Origin: Prevotella sp.
GTDB taxonomy: Bacteria > Bacteroidota > Bacteroidia > Bacteroidales > Dysgonomonadaceae
Reading direction: 5' to 3'
DNA: 64,000 bases
Assembly: GCA_031285625.1 (NCBI GenBank)
Contig: JAITVV010000093.1
Span: 64,001 to 128,000, forward strand
Below the pieces are notes generated by a model. That model saw nothing but the letters and a program-made list of their open reading frames with translations. It was not told where the DNA came from and searched no databases. A program made the position numbers and the translations under genes. Below are positions 9,674-21,508 of this stretch, piece by piece. The first letter of the stretch is position 1, and each line of letters starts with the position of its first letter.

Positions 9674-11262
9674 TAAGAATAATAACCTCTTTAGTAGCAG
9701 TACTAACCATTACATCGGTTCAGGCGCAGACAACTGTGCGTGAAGCACCTAAGTTGGTTATTGGTATTACTATCGACCAGTTGAGAGGTGATTATCTGGA
9801 ACTATTTCAAAGTACATTTTCTGAGAGAGGATTCAAGCGCCTTTTGAATGAAGGATTGGTTTATCAAAATATAAAATTTGATTTTCCAAACCTTGATGAT
9901 GCTTCGGCGATAGCAACTATTTATACGGGAGCACCTCCTTTTTATCATGGTATTGTCGGGAATAAAAAATATATAGCATCTAAACAACAGGAAGTTTCGG
10001 CATTCTCCGATCCCACGTATTTGGGTAATTATACAGAAGATAAGGTATCTCCTTTAGCTCTGAAAACATCTACAATTACAGATGAACTTAAAATTGCATC
10101 ACAGGGTAATTCAGATGTTTATGCCTTTGCTCCACAAGTAGCTCAATCTCTTATTACTGCAGGACAAAGAGGAAATGCAGCTTTCTGGGTTGATGACTAT
10201 ACTGGTAAATGGGCTTCCACTACCTATTATAAAAACTTCTACTGGTCAGTAGATCAGGATAATCGCAGTGGTTCTGACTTCGCTACCAAAGCATGGGGAA
10301 TGCAATGGGTACCTTCACAAGATATAAATACTTATAAGGCATTTTCATATACCAAAAGTGCTCCTTCTTTCCAGCATTTCATGGGAGGAGACAAGCAAAC
10401 ATATATTCTGGCCAAACAGACACCTGCCGTTAATGAGAATGTTATAAATTCAGCAATAACGTTATTATCTAAAGCCGAATTAGGAAAGCGGACAAATCCT
10501 GATTTTTTGTCACTGACATTTTATGCAGGCAACTTTCCGGGTGTTTCCGATTACTCTTACGAGATACAGGATGTTTATGTACGTTTAGACAAAGAAATTG
10601 AAAAATTACTGGATGAAGTAGAAAAAACAGTCGGCCTGAAAAATACACTGATTTTCGTTACTTCAACAGGATATTATAATTCTGCAGATATAAATTCGAC
10701 TGAATCGGACAATTCGAATATACCTGTCAATAAATTCTTTATAAATCGTTGTGAGGCTCTTCTTAACATGTATCTGATGGCGATATATGGCAGAGAAAAC
10801 CAATGGGTTGATAAGTTTTATAATGGGCAAGTATACTTGAACAGGGAATTAATAAAGAATAAAAATATATCGTTACAGGAAATTCAGGATAAAGCCGCAG
10901 AGTTTGTTTCTGAATTTACAGGTGTTCAAGAGGTATATACCTCATTCCAGCTACAACATGGACAGTGGAATCCTGTAATGGAGTACTATAAGAACGGATA
11001 CACTAAAGAAACCTCTGGTGACTTATTTGTAGAACTTCAGCCGGGGTATAAGATTGTAAACGAGCCGGATGCTTCATTTAAAGAAAAGCAGGTCAGAAAC
11101 AATGCAGTTGTTGCTCCTGTTATATTCTTTGGTAATAATATAAAGCCGGTTAGGATAAAGAGGACAATAAAAGCTACCGAAATAGCGCCTACAGTGGCCT
11201 ATATTATGCGTATAAGGTCTCCCAATGCTGCAAAAGAAGAACCTTTATCAGAATTACTTTAG
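9670..11262 (+). CDS. PafA-like alkaline phosphatase superfamily protein, probably catalytically inactive
   Basis: PKLVIGITIDQLRGDY, GFKRLL, TG..P..HGI, WASTTYY fold motifs; most active-site motifs are missing. Confidence 0.8.
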   Translation: MIRIITSLVAVLTITSVQAQTTVREAPKLVIGITIDQLRGDYLELFQSTFSERGFKRLLNEGLVYQNIKFDFPNLDDASAIATIYTGAPPFYHGIVGNKKYIASKQQEVSAFSDPTYLGNYTEDKVSPLALKTSTITDELKIASQGNSDVYAFAPQVAQSLITAGQRGNAAFWVDDYTGKWASTTYYKNFYWSVDQDNRSGSDFATKAWGMQWVPSQDINTYKAFSYTKSAPSFQHFMGGDKQTYILAKQTPAVNENVINSAITLLSKAELGKRTNPDFLSLTFYAGNFPGVSDYSYEIQDVYVRLDKEIEKLLDEVEKTVGLKNTLIFVTSTGYYNSADINSTESDNSNIPVNKFFINRCEALLNMYLMAIYGRENQWVDKFYNGQVYLNRELIKNKNISLQEIQDKAAEFVSEFTGVQEVYTSFQLQHGQWNPVMEYYKNGYTKETSGDLFVELQPGYKIVNEPDASFKEKQVRNNAVVAPVIFFGNNIKPVRIKRTIKATEIAPTVAYIMRIRSPNAAKEEPLSELL

Positions 11263-11309
11263 GAGACATTGAACAAATAATTAAATAGAAAAATAAACAA
11301 ACTAAATAT

Positions 11310-14300
11310 ATGGGATTCGCTGACATTTTAACATCATTATTCGGAAACAAGGCTCAACGAGACTTGAAAGAAATAACTCCGTATGTAGATCGTATTAAAG
11401 CAGTATACCCTGAAATACAACGTCTGTCACATGATGAACTGCGTGCTAAAACAGCAGAAATCAGACAGCAAGTTCAGGATTACGTTGCCACAGAAAAAGC
11501 TAAAATTGCTGAATTGAAAGCCAGTGTGGAAACATTGGATATAGATCAGCGTGAAGAAATATGGGCAGAAGTTGATAAGCTGGAAAAGGAGGTAACAGAA
11601 AAATATGAAGAAGTATTGGAAAAAGTACTTCCTGAAGCATTTTCTGTTGTCAAAGAAACTGCCCGTCGTTTAACAGAAAACGAAGAAATAGAAGTTCTTG
11701 CGACAGAATTTGACAAGGAATTAGCTGAGACACACGACTTTGTTCGCATTGAAGGTGATAAAGCTATTTATCAAAATCATTGGGTCGCAGGAGGTACAGA
11801 AATACAATGGAATATGGTCCATTATGATGTACAGCTATTTGGTGGGGTCGTATTGCATAAGGGTAAAATAGCCGAAATGGCAACAGGTGAAGGTAAAACA
11901 TTGGTTGGAACTTTACCTGTATTTCTAAACGCTCTCACAGGAAATGGCGTTCATGTTGTAACCGTGAATGATTACCTGGCAAAACGTGACTCGGAGTGGA
12001 TGGGACCTATCTATATGTTCAATGGATTATCTGTTGATTGTATCGATAAACATCAACCTAATTCGGAAGGTCGTCGTAAGGCATATCAGGCAGATATCAC
12101 TTTTGGTACAAATAATGAGTTTGGGTTCGACTATCTGCGTGACAATATGGCAATCAATCCTTCCGATCTTGTACAGCGCAAGCATAATTATGCAATTGTC
12201 GACGAGGTTGACTCTGTATTGATTGATGATGCCCGTACACCATTGATTATATCAGGTCCGATACCTAGAGGAGAACAACAACTGTTTGAAGAGTTTCGCC
12301 CCCGTGTAGAGATTATAGTAAAAGCTCAGAGAGATCTATGTACTAGGTTATTAGCGGAAGCAAAAGCAAAAATGGCTTCGGATGATAAGAAAGAACAAGA
12401 AGAAGGATCACTGTTACTATATCGCTCATTTAAGGGCTTACCTAAAAACAAGCCACTCATCAAATTCCTGAGTGAATCGGGAATTAAAGCCTCAATGTTG
12501 AAAACCGAGGAGCATTATATGGCAGAACAAAGCCGTAATATGCATATCGTTACAGATGAATTGTATTTCGTTATTGATGAGAAAAATAATAGCATAGAAC
12601 TTACAGATAAGGGTATAGACCTGTTGACGGGTAACTCTGATGACCCTCAGTTCTTCGTTTTACCAGATATAGGTGCATTACTTTCAGATCTTGAAAATCA
12701 GTCGTTGACAGATAGTCAAAAAGCTGAAAAGAAAGATGAATTGATGCAGAACTATTCTATTAAATCTGAACGTGTTCATACAGTGAATCAGTTACTTAAA
12801 GCATATGCATTGTTTGATAAAGACGATGAATATGTTGTGATTGACAATAAGGTAATGATTGTAGACGAGCAGACCGGCCGTATTATGGATGGTCGCCGTT
12901 ATTCAGATGGATTACACCAGGCTATTGAAGCAAAAGAGCGTGTGAAAGTAGAAGCTGCTACACAGACATTTGCAACCATTACTTTGCAGAATTATTTCCG
13001 TATGTATCACAAACTTTCGGGTATGACAGGTACGGCTGAAACGGAAGCAGGCGAATTGTGGAATATCTATAAACTAGATGTAGTTGTTATTCCTACTAAT
13101 AAGCCAATTGCGCGTAATGATATGAACGACCGCATATATAAGACTAAGCGTGAAAAATATACTGCGGTTATACAAGAAATAGAAAAGCTGGTAGCAGAAG
13201 GACGTGCAGTACTTGTAGGTACAACTTCCGTTGAAATATCTGAGTTGCTTGGTAAAATGCTTACCATGCGTAAGATCAAACATAATGTATTGAATGCCAA
13301 GTTGCATCAGCGTGAAGCTGAAGTTGTTGCCCTTGCCGGACAACCAGGTGCAGTAACCATTGCAACCAATATGGCTGGTCGTGGTACCGACATTAAGTTG
13401 GCTCCTAGCGTTAAGGAAGCCGGAGGTTTGGCTATCATTGGTACAGAAAGACATGAGTCTCGTCGTGTAGACCGTCAGTTACGTGGTCGTGCAGGGCGTC
13501 AGGGAGACCCGGGATCTTCTGTATTCTATATATCATTAGAAGACGATTTGATGCGTTTATTTGCATCGGAACGTATCGCTGGTATGATGGACCGTATGGG
13601 CTTCAAAGAAGGCGAAATGCTTGAGCACAATATGCTTAGCAAGTCTGTAGAGAGAGCTCAGAAGAAAGTTGAAGAAAATAACTTCGGTATCCGCAAGCGC
13701 TTGCTGGAATACGATGATGTGATGAACTCTCAGCGTGAAGTTGTATACAAACGTCGCCGCCATGCTTTGATGGGTGAGCGTATTGGAATCGACATTGTAA
13801 ATATGTTCTATGATACGGCTGTGAGTCTGGCTGAACAATATAGTGATAGTCTTGATTATGAAGGATTAAAAATCGACATGCTTAGATTATTTGCCGTTGA
13901 AACACCGTTTGATGAAGCTACATTCCGTTCAACTAAGCCTGAAACGCTGGCTGATATGATGTATGAATCGGCTGTTCAGAATTTCAAACAAAAAATGGAT
14001 CGTCTGGCAGAAATCGCTAATCCGGTAATTAAACAGGTTTATGAAGAACAAGGTGATAAATTTGAAAATATATTAATTCCTATTTCTGACGGAAGAAGGG
14101 TTTATAATATCTCTTGTAATCTGAAAGAAGCATATGACAGCCACTCAAAGGATATTATTAAGTCTTTTGAAAAAGCAATAATGTTACACACTATAGATGA
14201 AGAGTGGAAAGAACATCTTCGTGGAATGGACGAATTGCGTCAATCTGTACAGAATGCCAGCTATGAGCAAAAAGATCCGTTATTGATTTATAAGCTGGAA

Positions 14301-14615
14301 TCTTTCAATCTGTTTAAAACAATGCTTAACAGCATTAATAATAAAGCGGTTACGATCCTTATGCGTGGCCAGATACCAGTGCGTGAACCTGAACAGGTGA
14401 AACAGGCAGCTCCAGAGCAAAAAACAGATTATAGCCGTTACCGTACCGAACGTAATGATATGGAGCCTAATCCACAACAACAAACTCCGGGACAAGGACC
14501 AGAAAGACCAAAAGCTATGGCTCCGATCCATGTAGATAAAAAACCAGGAAGAAATGACCCTTGTTTCTGTGGTAGTGGCAAGAAATATAAAAACTGTCAT
14601 GGTCAAAATGACTAA
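11310..14615 (+). CDS. secA: Preprotein translocase ATPase SecA
   Basis: [35 protein letters not shown] and C-terminal [17 protein letters not shown]. Confidence 0.98.
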   Translation: MGFADILTSLFGNKAQRDLKEITPYVDRIKAVYPEIQRLSHDELRAKTAEIRQQVQDYVATEKAKIAELKASVETLDIDQREEIWAEVDKLEKEVTEKYEEVLEKVLPEAFSVVKETARRLTENEEIEVLATEFDKELAETHDFVRIEGDKAIYQNHWVAGGTEIQWNMVHYDVQLFGGVVLHKGKIAEMATGEGKTLVGTLPVFLNALTGNGVHVVTVNDYLAKRDSEWMGPIYMFNGLSVDCIDKHQPNSEGRRKAYQADITFGTNNEFGFDYLRDNMAINPSDLVQRKHNYAIVDEVDSVLIDDARTPLIISGPIPRGEQQLFEEFRPRVEIIVKAQRDLCTRLLAEAKAKMASDDKKEQEEGSLLLYRSFKGLPKNKPLIKFLSESGIKASMLKTEEHYMAEQSRNMHIVTDELYFVIDEKNNSIELTDKGIDLLTGNSDDPQFFVLPDIGALLSDLENQSLTDSQKAEKKDELMQNYSIKSERVHTVNQLLKAYALFDKDDEYVVIDNKVMIVDEQTGRIMDGRRYSDGLHQAIEAKERVKVEAATQTFATITLQNYFRMYHKLSGMTGTAETEAGELWNIYKLDVVVIPTNKPIARNDMNDRIYKTKREKYTAVIQEIEKLVAEGRAVLVGTTSVEISELLGKMLTMRKIKHNVLNAKLHQREAEVVALAGQPGAVTIATNMAGRGTDIKLAPSVKEAGGLAIIGTERHESRRVDRQLRGRAGRQGDPGSSVFYISLEDDLMRLFASERIAGMMDRMGFKEGEMLEHNMLSKSVERAQKKVEENNFGIRKRLLEYDDVMNSQREVVYKRRRHALMGERIGIDIVNMFYDTAVSLAEQYSDSLDYEGLKIDMLRLFAVETPFDEATFRSTKPETLADMMYESAVQNFKQKMDRLAEIANPVIKQVYEEQGDKFENILIPISDGRRVYNISCNLKEAYDSHSKDIIKSFEKAIMLHTIDEEWKEHLRGMDELRQSVQNASYEQKDPLLIYKLESFNLFKTMLNSINNKAVTILMRGQIPVREPEQVKQAAPEQKTDYSRYRTERNDMEPNPQQQTPGQGPERPKAMAPIHVDKKPGRNDPCFCGSGKKYKNCHGQND

Positions 14616-14707
14616 TTATTAGTAAATTCCAGAATCAGAAGTATTTTGTAAAAGCAGATTGTTTTTCAATTTACACATTCTAAAAATTTCTAATTTTAAA
14701 ATTTAAG

Positions 14708-14743
14708 AAAGCCCGATGAATACTAAATTTGTGGGGCTTTTTT
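14708..14743 (+). terminator. Putative intrinsic terminator after secA
   Basis: AAAGCCC ... GGGCTTTTTT. Confidence 0.55.
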
Positions 14744-14866
14744 GCGTTATAATATTTTCTTAATACAAACTAAATTTGTATCTTAGCATGTTTTTTAATT
14801 AACAGAAAAACTGCGTAAAAATACTTTGCAAATATTTGAGAATTAGTAAAATTTTAACTTAAGATA

Positions 14867-17455
14867 ATGGCAGAATCAGAGGACAGAATTATCAAGATCA
14901 ACATCGAGGATGAAATGAAGTCGGCATACATCGACTATTCCATGTCAGTAATTGTATCACGTGCATTACCCGATGTAAGAGATGGTTTTAAACCTGTTCA
15001 CCGTCGTATCCTTTTTGGGATGAGTGAATTAGGAAATGCATCGAATAAACCCCACAAAAAATCCGCGAGAATCGTAGGGGAGGTTTTAGGTAAATATCAC
15101 CCACATGGCGATTCTTCTGTTTATTTTGCAATGGTGCGTATGGCTCAGGAGTGGAGTATGCGTTATCTTTTGGTAGACGGACAAGGTAATATGGGTAGTG
15201 TAGACGGTGATAGTCCTGCGGCTATGCGTTATACCGAGGCCAGATTAAGCCGTTTGGCCGAAGAAATGCTAAAAGATATTGATAAAGAAACTGTAGACTT
15301 CCAACTTAACTTTGACGATACATTGAAGGAACCGACAGTTCTTCCAACACGTATTCCAAATTTACTTATAAACGGAGCATCGGGTATTGCTGTAGGTATG
15401 GCAACCAATATGGCTCCTCACAATATGACAGAAGTTATCAATGCTACTATTGCTTATATTGATAACAAAGAAATTGACACAGAAGGTCTGATGCAACATG
15501 TAAAGGCTCCCGATTTCCCATCAGGTGGCTTTATTTACGGATATCAGGGTGTAAGGGATGCTTTTGAAACAGGACGCGGACGTGTTGTTATGCGTGGACG
15601 TGCTGAAATAGAAATGGAAGGTAACCACGAAAAGATCGTGATCACTGAAATTCCATATCTGGTTAATAAGGCTGAGCTAATAAAACATATTGCTGATCTG
15701 GTAGGTGAGAAAAGACTTGAGGGTATCAGCAATGTCAATGATGAATCAGACCGTCAGGGAATGCGCATTGTAGTGGATATTAAGCGTGATGCAAATGCAA
15801 ATGTTGTACTTAATAAATTATATAAATTAACAGCATTACAATCTTCATTCAGTGTAAACAATATTGCACTGGTAAAAGGGCGCCCTCGCACTCTCAATCT
15901 TAAAGATATGATCTTTTACTTTGTAGAGCACAGGGTGGATGTTGTTATTCGCAGAGCTATTTACGATCTGCGTAAAGCAGAAGAACGTGCACATATTCTG
16001 GAAGGATTAATAATTGCTTCTGATAATATAGATGAAGTGATTGCTATAATCCGGGGATCCAAATCCCCACAGGAAGCCATAGAAGCTTTGATTAAAAGAT
16101 TTGATCTTACTGAAATACAATCCCGTGCGATTGTAGAGATGCGTCTTCGCCAGTTGACAGGGCTGGAACAAGATAAGCTGCGCAATGAATACGACGAAAT
16201 ACAAAAATTAATAGCTTATTTGAATGAAATTCTTTCAAATGAAGAACTTCGTATGCAGGTTATTAAAGATGAGCTTGTTGAGATAAGAGATAAATATGGC
16301 GATGAACGTCGTACCGAAATTGTATATGCATCAGAAGAACTTAATCCTGAAGATTTCTATTCAAATGATGAGATGATCATTACAGTCTCTCATTTAGGCT
16401 ATATTAAGCGTACCCCATTAACTGAGTTTAGAGCTCAACATAGAGGTGGAGTAGGGGCTAAGGGCTCTGAAACCCGTGATACAGACTTTATTGAGCATAT
16501 CTATCCGGCCTCGATGCACAATTATATATTACTATTTACCCAAAAAGGTAAGTGTTACTGGTTACGTGTATTCGATATTCCTGAAGGTACAAAAAATTCA
16601 AAAGGAAGAGCAATTCAAAATCTATTGAATATAGATTCGGATGACAAAGTGACAGCATTTATCCGTGTCAGAGGTTTTAGTGATACAGATTTCATCAATA
16701 GTCATTATCTGATATTCTGTACAAAACAAGGTGTTATCAAGAAAACAAGTCTTGAGGCATATTCCCGTCCTCGTCAGAATGGCGTGAATGCTATTACCAT
16801 CCGCGAAGATGACAAAGTTATCGAAGTATTGATGACTGATGGAGACAGCGAAATTCTTTTAGCAAACCGTAACGGACGTGCTATCCGTTTCAATGAAAAG
16901 GATGTTCGTGTAATGGGACGTACAGCTACTGGAGTTCGCGGTATGCGTATCGATGAAGATGGCCAGGATGAAGTAATTGGTATGTTGGCAATGTCTAAAG
17001 AAGCTCAGAAAACAGAAACAATCATGGTGGTATCTGAGCAGGGATATGGTAAACGTACAAATCTGAATGAAAAAGACGAAGAAGGAAACGAAATATTAGA
17101 TGAAAACGGAGAAATTATTCCTGTTTACCGTATAACCAGCAGAGGAGGTAAAGGTGTTAAAACACTGAATATTACAGACAAGACAGGTAAATTGGTCTCT
17201 ATAAATAGTGTGACAGATGAAAACGATTTAATGATAATTAACAAGTCAGGTATCACAATTCGTCTAAAAGTTTCAGATATTCGCACTATGGGAAGAGCCA
17301 CACAAGGGGTCAGACTCATAAACTTAGGCAAACGAAACGACGAAATAGCATCAATATGTAAAGTAGAATCTGAAAATGACGTTGAAGAACCGATTGAAGA
17401 TACAGATTTGGAAAATGGTGCTGCTGAGAGCAATAATGAAGAAATCAATAACTAG
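14867..17455 (+). CDS. gyrA: DNA gyrase subunit A
   Basis: [15 protein letters not shown] (catalytic Tyr) and GyrA-box QHRGGVG. Confidence 0.98.
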   Translation: MAESEDRIIKINIEDEMKSAYIDYSMSVIVSRALPDVRDGFKPVHRRILFGMSELGNASNKPHKKSARIVGEVLGKYHPHGDSSVYFAMVRMAQEWSMRYLLVDGQGNMGSVDGDSPAAMRYTEARLSRLAEEMLKDIDKETVDFQLNFDDTLKEPTVLPTRIPNLLINGASGIAVGMATNMAPHNMTEVINATIAYIDNKEIDTEGLMQHVKAPDFPSGGFIYGYQGVRDAFETGRGRVVMRGRAEIEMEGNHEKIVITEIPYLVNKAELIKHIADLVGEKRLEGISNVNDESDRQGMRIVVDIKRDANANVVLNKLYKLTALQSSFSVNNIALVKGRPRTLNLKDMIFYFVEHRVDVVIRRAIYDLRKAEERAHILEGLIIASDNIDEVIAIIRGSKSPQEAIEALIKRFDLTEIQSRAIVEMRLRQLTGLEQDKLRNEYDEIQKLIAYLNEILSNEELRMQVIKDELVEIRDKYGDERRTEIVYASEELNPEDFYSNDEMIITVSHLGYIKRTPLTEFRAQHRGGVGAKGSETRDTDFIEHIYPASMHNYILLFTQKGKCYWLRVFDIPEGTKNSKGRAIQNLLNIDSDDKVTAFIRVRGFSDTDFINSHYLIFCTKQGVIKKTSLEAYSRPRQNGVNAITIREDDKVIEVLMTDGDSEILLANRNGRAIRFNEKDVRVMGRTATGVRGMRIDEDGQDEVIGMLAMSKEAQKTETIMVVSEQGYGKRTNLNEKDEEGNEILDENGEIIPVYRITSRGGKGVKTLNITDKTGKLVSINSVTDENDLMIINKSGITIRLKVSDIRTMGRATQGVRLINLGKRNDEIASICKVESENDVEEPIEDTDLENGAAESNNEEINN

Positions 17456-17478
17456 AATATGAACTAAATCAATAATTT

Positions 17479-18771
17479 ATGAAACGAACTTTATTAGTAA
17501 TAACATTATGTGCTTTTGCAGGCTTCTCTTTTGCTCAGAAAAAAGCAGTAAAAGATGCTAAGTCAGCAATGAAGAATGTTGATGAAGCAAGAGAATTGAT
17601 TAAGCCCGCACTTACAAACCCTGAAACCTCACAAGACCCTGAAACATGGAAAGTAGCAGGAGATATTGAATATAAAGCATTTGATGATGAACGTACATTG
17701 GAAATGCAAAAAGAAATTACAGGTAAGGGAGGTAATGAAGAAAAAATGTATATCGGATTATATAACATGTACGATCCATATATCAAAGCTGATGAACTAG
17801 GCCAAATGCCGAATGAAAAAGGTCAGGTAAAGAATAAAGTTAGAAAAGATGTAGTAAAGAATATGAGAGATGGCCACAGATTTTATATTAATGGTGGTGT
17901 ATTCTATAATGACAAGCAGGATTATAAGAGAGCTGCCGATTTCTTTGAGAGATATTGGGAACTTCCTACATTAGCTATGTTTGAAGATACAAGAGGCGAT
18001 TTTAACACTCAGGACAGTATTTACCAAACAATTAAATATTATGCTGTTATCAGCTCTATTCAATCTAAAGACCATCCTCGTTCTATCAAATTATTGAAGA
18101 AGATCATTTCTGAACCTTATGTATCAAACAGCACATATAAAGAAAGCGATGTGTATGAATTATTAGCAAGTGAATATCAGCAAGTTGATGATAGTTTAGC
18201 TTATGTTCAGGCATTGAACGAAGGTGCAAGAAAATTCCCTGGTAACAAATATTTTACACCAAACTTGATTAATGAGTTTATCAGAGGTGGAAAAACCGGA
18301 GAAGCAATGGCATACCTAGATCAGGCAATTGCTAATGATCCAAGCAACACTTGTGAGTTGATGGGAGTAAAGGCTTCATTATTAGCTGAACAAAAAGATT
18401 ATGCTGGAGCCGAACCTGCATACCAACAAGCTGTTGCTGCTGATGCAAACTGCGAAAAAGCTCTTGAAGGTTTAGGTGTATTATACATATTACAAGCACA
18501 GGATCTTAAAGAAAAAGCTGGACAAACAACAAGCAGAAGCGAGCAGGCTCAGTTTGATAAACAAACATCAGAATTTTATCAAAAGTCATTACCATATCTT
18601 GAAAAATACAGAGATTTGTTGAAAGGTAGAAATGCTGATTTTGATATGGAGATCAAACCGGCTTTGATGAAATTACAGAATGTATATTACAACTTAAGCT
18701 TGTTGAATGTAGATAAATCTAAAGAATACGAAGCAGTTCAAAAAGAGCTGGGTATTTCTGACAATCAATAA
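17479..18771 (+). CDS. Secreted tetratricopeptide-repeat protein
   Basis: Signal peptide (SFA-Q); TPR-like helices such as AMAYLDQAIANDP and AEPAYQQAVAADA. Confidence 0.8.
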   Translation: MKRTLLVITLCAFAGFSFAQKKAVKDAKSAMKNVDEARELIKPALTNPETSQDPETWKVAGDIEYKAFDDERTLEMQKEITGKGGNEEKMYIGLYNMYDPYIKADELGQMPNEKGQVKNKVRKDVVKNMRDGHRFYINGGVFYNDKQDYKRAADFFERYWELPTLAMFEDTRGDFNTQDSIYQTIKYYAVISSIQSKDHPRSIKLLKKIISEPYVSNSTYKESDVYELLASEYQQVDDSLAYVQALNEGARKFPGNKYFTPNLINEFIRGGKTGEAMAYLDQAIANDPSNTCELMGVKASLLAEQKDYAGAEPAYQQAVAADANCEKALEGLGVLYILQAQDLKEKAGQTTSRSEQAQFDKQTSEFYQKSLPYLEKYRDLLKGRNADFDMEIKPALMKLQNVYYNLSLLNVDKSKEYEAVQKELGISDNQ

Positions 18772-18795
18772 TATAAAAAAATTATTATAGGATAG

Positions 18796-18828
18796 ACGTC
18801 TGAAGTTTGTTACTTCAGACGTTTTTTT
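18796..18828 (+). terminator. Intrinsic terminator
   Basis: ACGTCTGAAGT-TTGTT-ACTTCAGACGT followed by a T run. Confidence 0.85.
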
Positions 18829-18981
18829 GTATATTGTTTATAGAATTTTTACGATTGTCCGGGAGATTAAAAGTAAGTGAAACCTTATTTCTTTTTGTTA
18901 AATTATACAGTAATCATCTTATTATATAAGAATTGTTTTTAGTAAATTTGTTAGAAAGAGATATATTAAACTGTAATAGAT

Positions 18982-20091
18982 ATGAAAGATAATAATGAAC
19001 TAATTACCATAGCTATTCACACAACTGAAAAAGCTCATATACTTAAGCAGGTTCTTAAAGAAAAGGGCATCGAAGCCTTTCTAGTAGATATAGAAGAAGG
19101 TGACAATTCCTCTAAAGGATTGGCCGTAAGGATAAAGCAATCAGATCTTACCAGAGCCTTATCTGTGATTGAGGGTGCCAGGTTATTCAGATATGATGAT
19201 GAACAGACTCAAAAAATGGATGACGGGCGCAAGAGAATACTGGTTGCTGTCGATTTCTCAGATTATTCGATAAAAGCATGTCGTGCAGCTTTCCTTGTAG
19301 CACACCAAATAAATGCTAAGGTGAAAATATTGCACGTATACAGAGTTCATTTTCCTATAACTTTCCCTTTTGCTGATTCTCCGGAGAATGATAAAGAAGA
19401 TGTTTTATCAGTTGCAAGAAGAAGAATGTTGGATTTCTGTTATGAAATAGATAAAAGAATAATAGAAAAAGACTTTCCATCAGTAAATTATTCTTATTCT
19501 CTTAGAGAAGGCATTGTTGAAGAAGAAATTGAGAATTTTATAGAAGAATATAAACCTTTCATTCTTGTTTTGGGAAGAAAAGGATTGAGTAACAACAAAC
19601 GGAATATAATGGGGAATGTTACAGCTGATATCATTGAGATGACCAATGTTCCTGTGATGGTTGTGCCTGAGAATTCTAAATTTAAAGATATTTCAGCAAT
19701 TAAGCATATTGCTTTCCTTACCAACTTTCAAAAAAGGGATTTAGAGTCATTTGATCATTTAGTGAATATATTGAGGCCATATCCAGATATGAAAGTTACT
19801 TTATTGCATGTAAATGTTATTAGTAAAAAAGGTGAAAAATGGAAAGAATCGGAACTATTGGAGATGCAAAAATATTTTAATATGAAATATCCTGAATTTA
19901 ATATTGGCTATAAATTGATCGACAGCCCGAATATGATAGAAACGATAAACAATTTTATTAAAGAAGAAAATGTCAATATCGTTTCTCTAAATACACGTAG
20001 GAGAAATTTATTCGGAAGAATATTTCTTCCTAGCATTTCCCGCAAAGTTTTAAGTGAGTCTGATGTCACTTTAGTTATCTTCAGAGGATAA
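18982..20091 (+). CDS. Universal stress protein (small N-terminal domain plus tandem USP domains)
   Basis: RILVAVDFSDYS, ILHVY, GNVTADIIEMTNVPVMVVP. Confidence 0.88.
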   Translation: MKDNNELITIAIHTTEKAHILKQVLKEKGIEAFLVDIEEGDNSSKGLAVRIKQSDLTRALSVIEGARLFRYDDEQTQKMDDGRKRILVAVDFSDYSIKACRAAFLVAHQINAKVKILHVYRVHFPITFPFADSPENDKEDVLSVARRRMLDFCYEIDKRIIEKDFPSVNYSYSLREGIVEEEIENFIEEYKPFILVLGRKGLSNNKRNIMGNVTADIIEMTNVPVMVVPENSKFKDISAIKHIAFLTNFQKRDLESFDHLVNILRPYPDMKVTLLHVNVISKKGEKWKESELLEMQKYFNMKYPEFNIGYKLIDSPNMIETINNFIKEENVNIVSLNTRRRNLFGRIFLPSISRKVLSESDVTLVIFRG

Positions 20092-20281
20092 TTCTTTATT
20101 GCCTGATCCTTCTGTTTGGTTCAGGCAATATTTTTATCATATATCTGTTATATAATTACTATTATGTTTAATTATTCTTTTGAACTTAATTTGATTCATC
20201 AAAATTGACTTATAAAGCTCCTATTTTTTACTATATTTACACTTTAAATAAAAAGTCTACTTATACTCAAAAATAGAATTC

Positions 20282-21376
20282 ATGGAACATATAGAAAATG
20301 ATGACCAATTCCAAGGATTAAAAGTAAATAAAGGTATTTCAGAACAACCTACAGTTAATCCGTATCTAAATAACTTCAAAAGATTTAAACGTAAAACATA
20401 TACCGTTTCAGAATACGTTGAAGGAATTCGCAAAGGTGACATTTCTATTCTGGGACAAGCTGTAACACTCATTGAGAGTTCAAAACAAGAACATCAATCC
20501 ATAGCTCAGGAAGTTATTGAAAAATGCCTGCCATATACTGGGGATTCTGTTCGTGTAGGGATTACAGGAGTTCCAGGAGCGGGAAAAAGCACCTCCATTG
20601 ATGCCTTTGGAATGCATATATTAAAGGGAAACAACAAGTTAGCAGTGTTAGCGATAGATCCGTCGAGTGAGATGACTAAAGGGAGCATATTAGGTGATAA
20701 AACCCGTATGGAACGTTTATCTATAGAAAAAAATGCATTTATCCGTCCCTCCCCTTCTGCAGGTTCATTAGGTGGAGTTGCCCGTAAAACCCGTGAAACT
20801 ATCATCTTATGCGAAGCTGCCGGATTTAATCGTATTATTGTTGAAACTGTTGGTGTAGGGCAATCAGAGACGGCTGTTCATTCGATGGTTGATTTCTTTT
20901 TACTTATACAGTTAGCTGGTACAGGTGACGAGCTACAAGGAATTAAGCGCGGAATAATGGAAATGGCTGATGGGATTGTTATAAATAAGGCTGATGGCAA
21001 CAATATTGAAAAAGCCCGTCTAGCCCAATCACATTTCCAGAATGCACTACATCTGTTTCCGCTACCGGATTCGGGTTGGGCTCCTAAAGTATTAACTTAT
21101 TCGGGGTATTACGAAATAGGTATTGAAGAAGTATGGAATATGATAGATGAATACATCGGATTTGTAAAACAGAATGGTTACTTTGATCACAGACGTAATG
21201 ATCAGGCACGTTTTTGGATGTATGAAACAATAAATGAACGATTAAAAAACGACTTCTATAATAATCCTGCCGTACAAGCAGAATTAAAAATCTGTGAACA
21301 ACAGGTTCTTAGTTCACAAATTACTCCTTTTTCGGCTGCTAATAAGGCATTAAATACATTTACGAAACATCGATAA
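20282..21376 (+). CDS. meaB: Methylmalonyl-CoA mutase-associated GTPase
   Basis: GVPGAGKST, DPSS..GDKTRM, ETVGVGQSE, GDELQGIKRG, NKAD. Confidence 0.93.
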   Translation: MEHIENDDQFQGLKVNKGISEQPTVNPYLNNFKRFKRKTYTVSEYVEGIRKGDISILGQAVTLIESSKQEHQSIAQEVIEKCLPYTGDSVRVGITGVPGAGKSTSIDAFGMHILKGNNKLAVLAIDPSSEMTKGSILGDKTRMERLSIEKNAFIRPSPSAGSLGGVARKTRETIILCEAAGFNRIIVETVGVGQSETAVHSMVDFFLLIQLAGTGDELQGIKRGIMEMADGIVINKADGNNIEKARLAQSHFQNALHLFPLPDSGWAPKVLTYSGYYEIGIEEVWNMIDEYIGFVKQNGYFDHRRNDQARFWMYETINERLKNDFYNNPAVQAELKICEQQVLSSQITPFSAANKALNTFTKHR

Positions 21377-21508
21377 ATATAGTCTGTATTTATTCAGAAA
21401 ACACACATAATTGCCATCATTTGGCTAAATATTTTGCCAGAAATAGTTATATTTGTAGGCTTTACTAAAAAAATAATTTCATTGTTGAATTAACATTATA
21501 TATAAATC

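Noticed and set aside
15085-15130. Quinolone-resistance substitution in GyrA
   Set aside because: HGDSSVY keeps the Ser equivalent to E. coli Ser83
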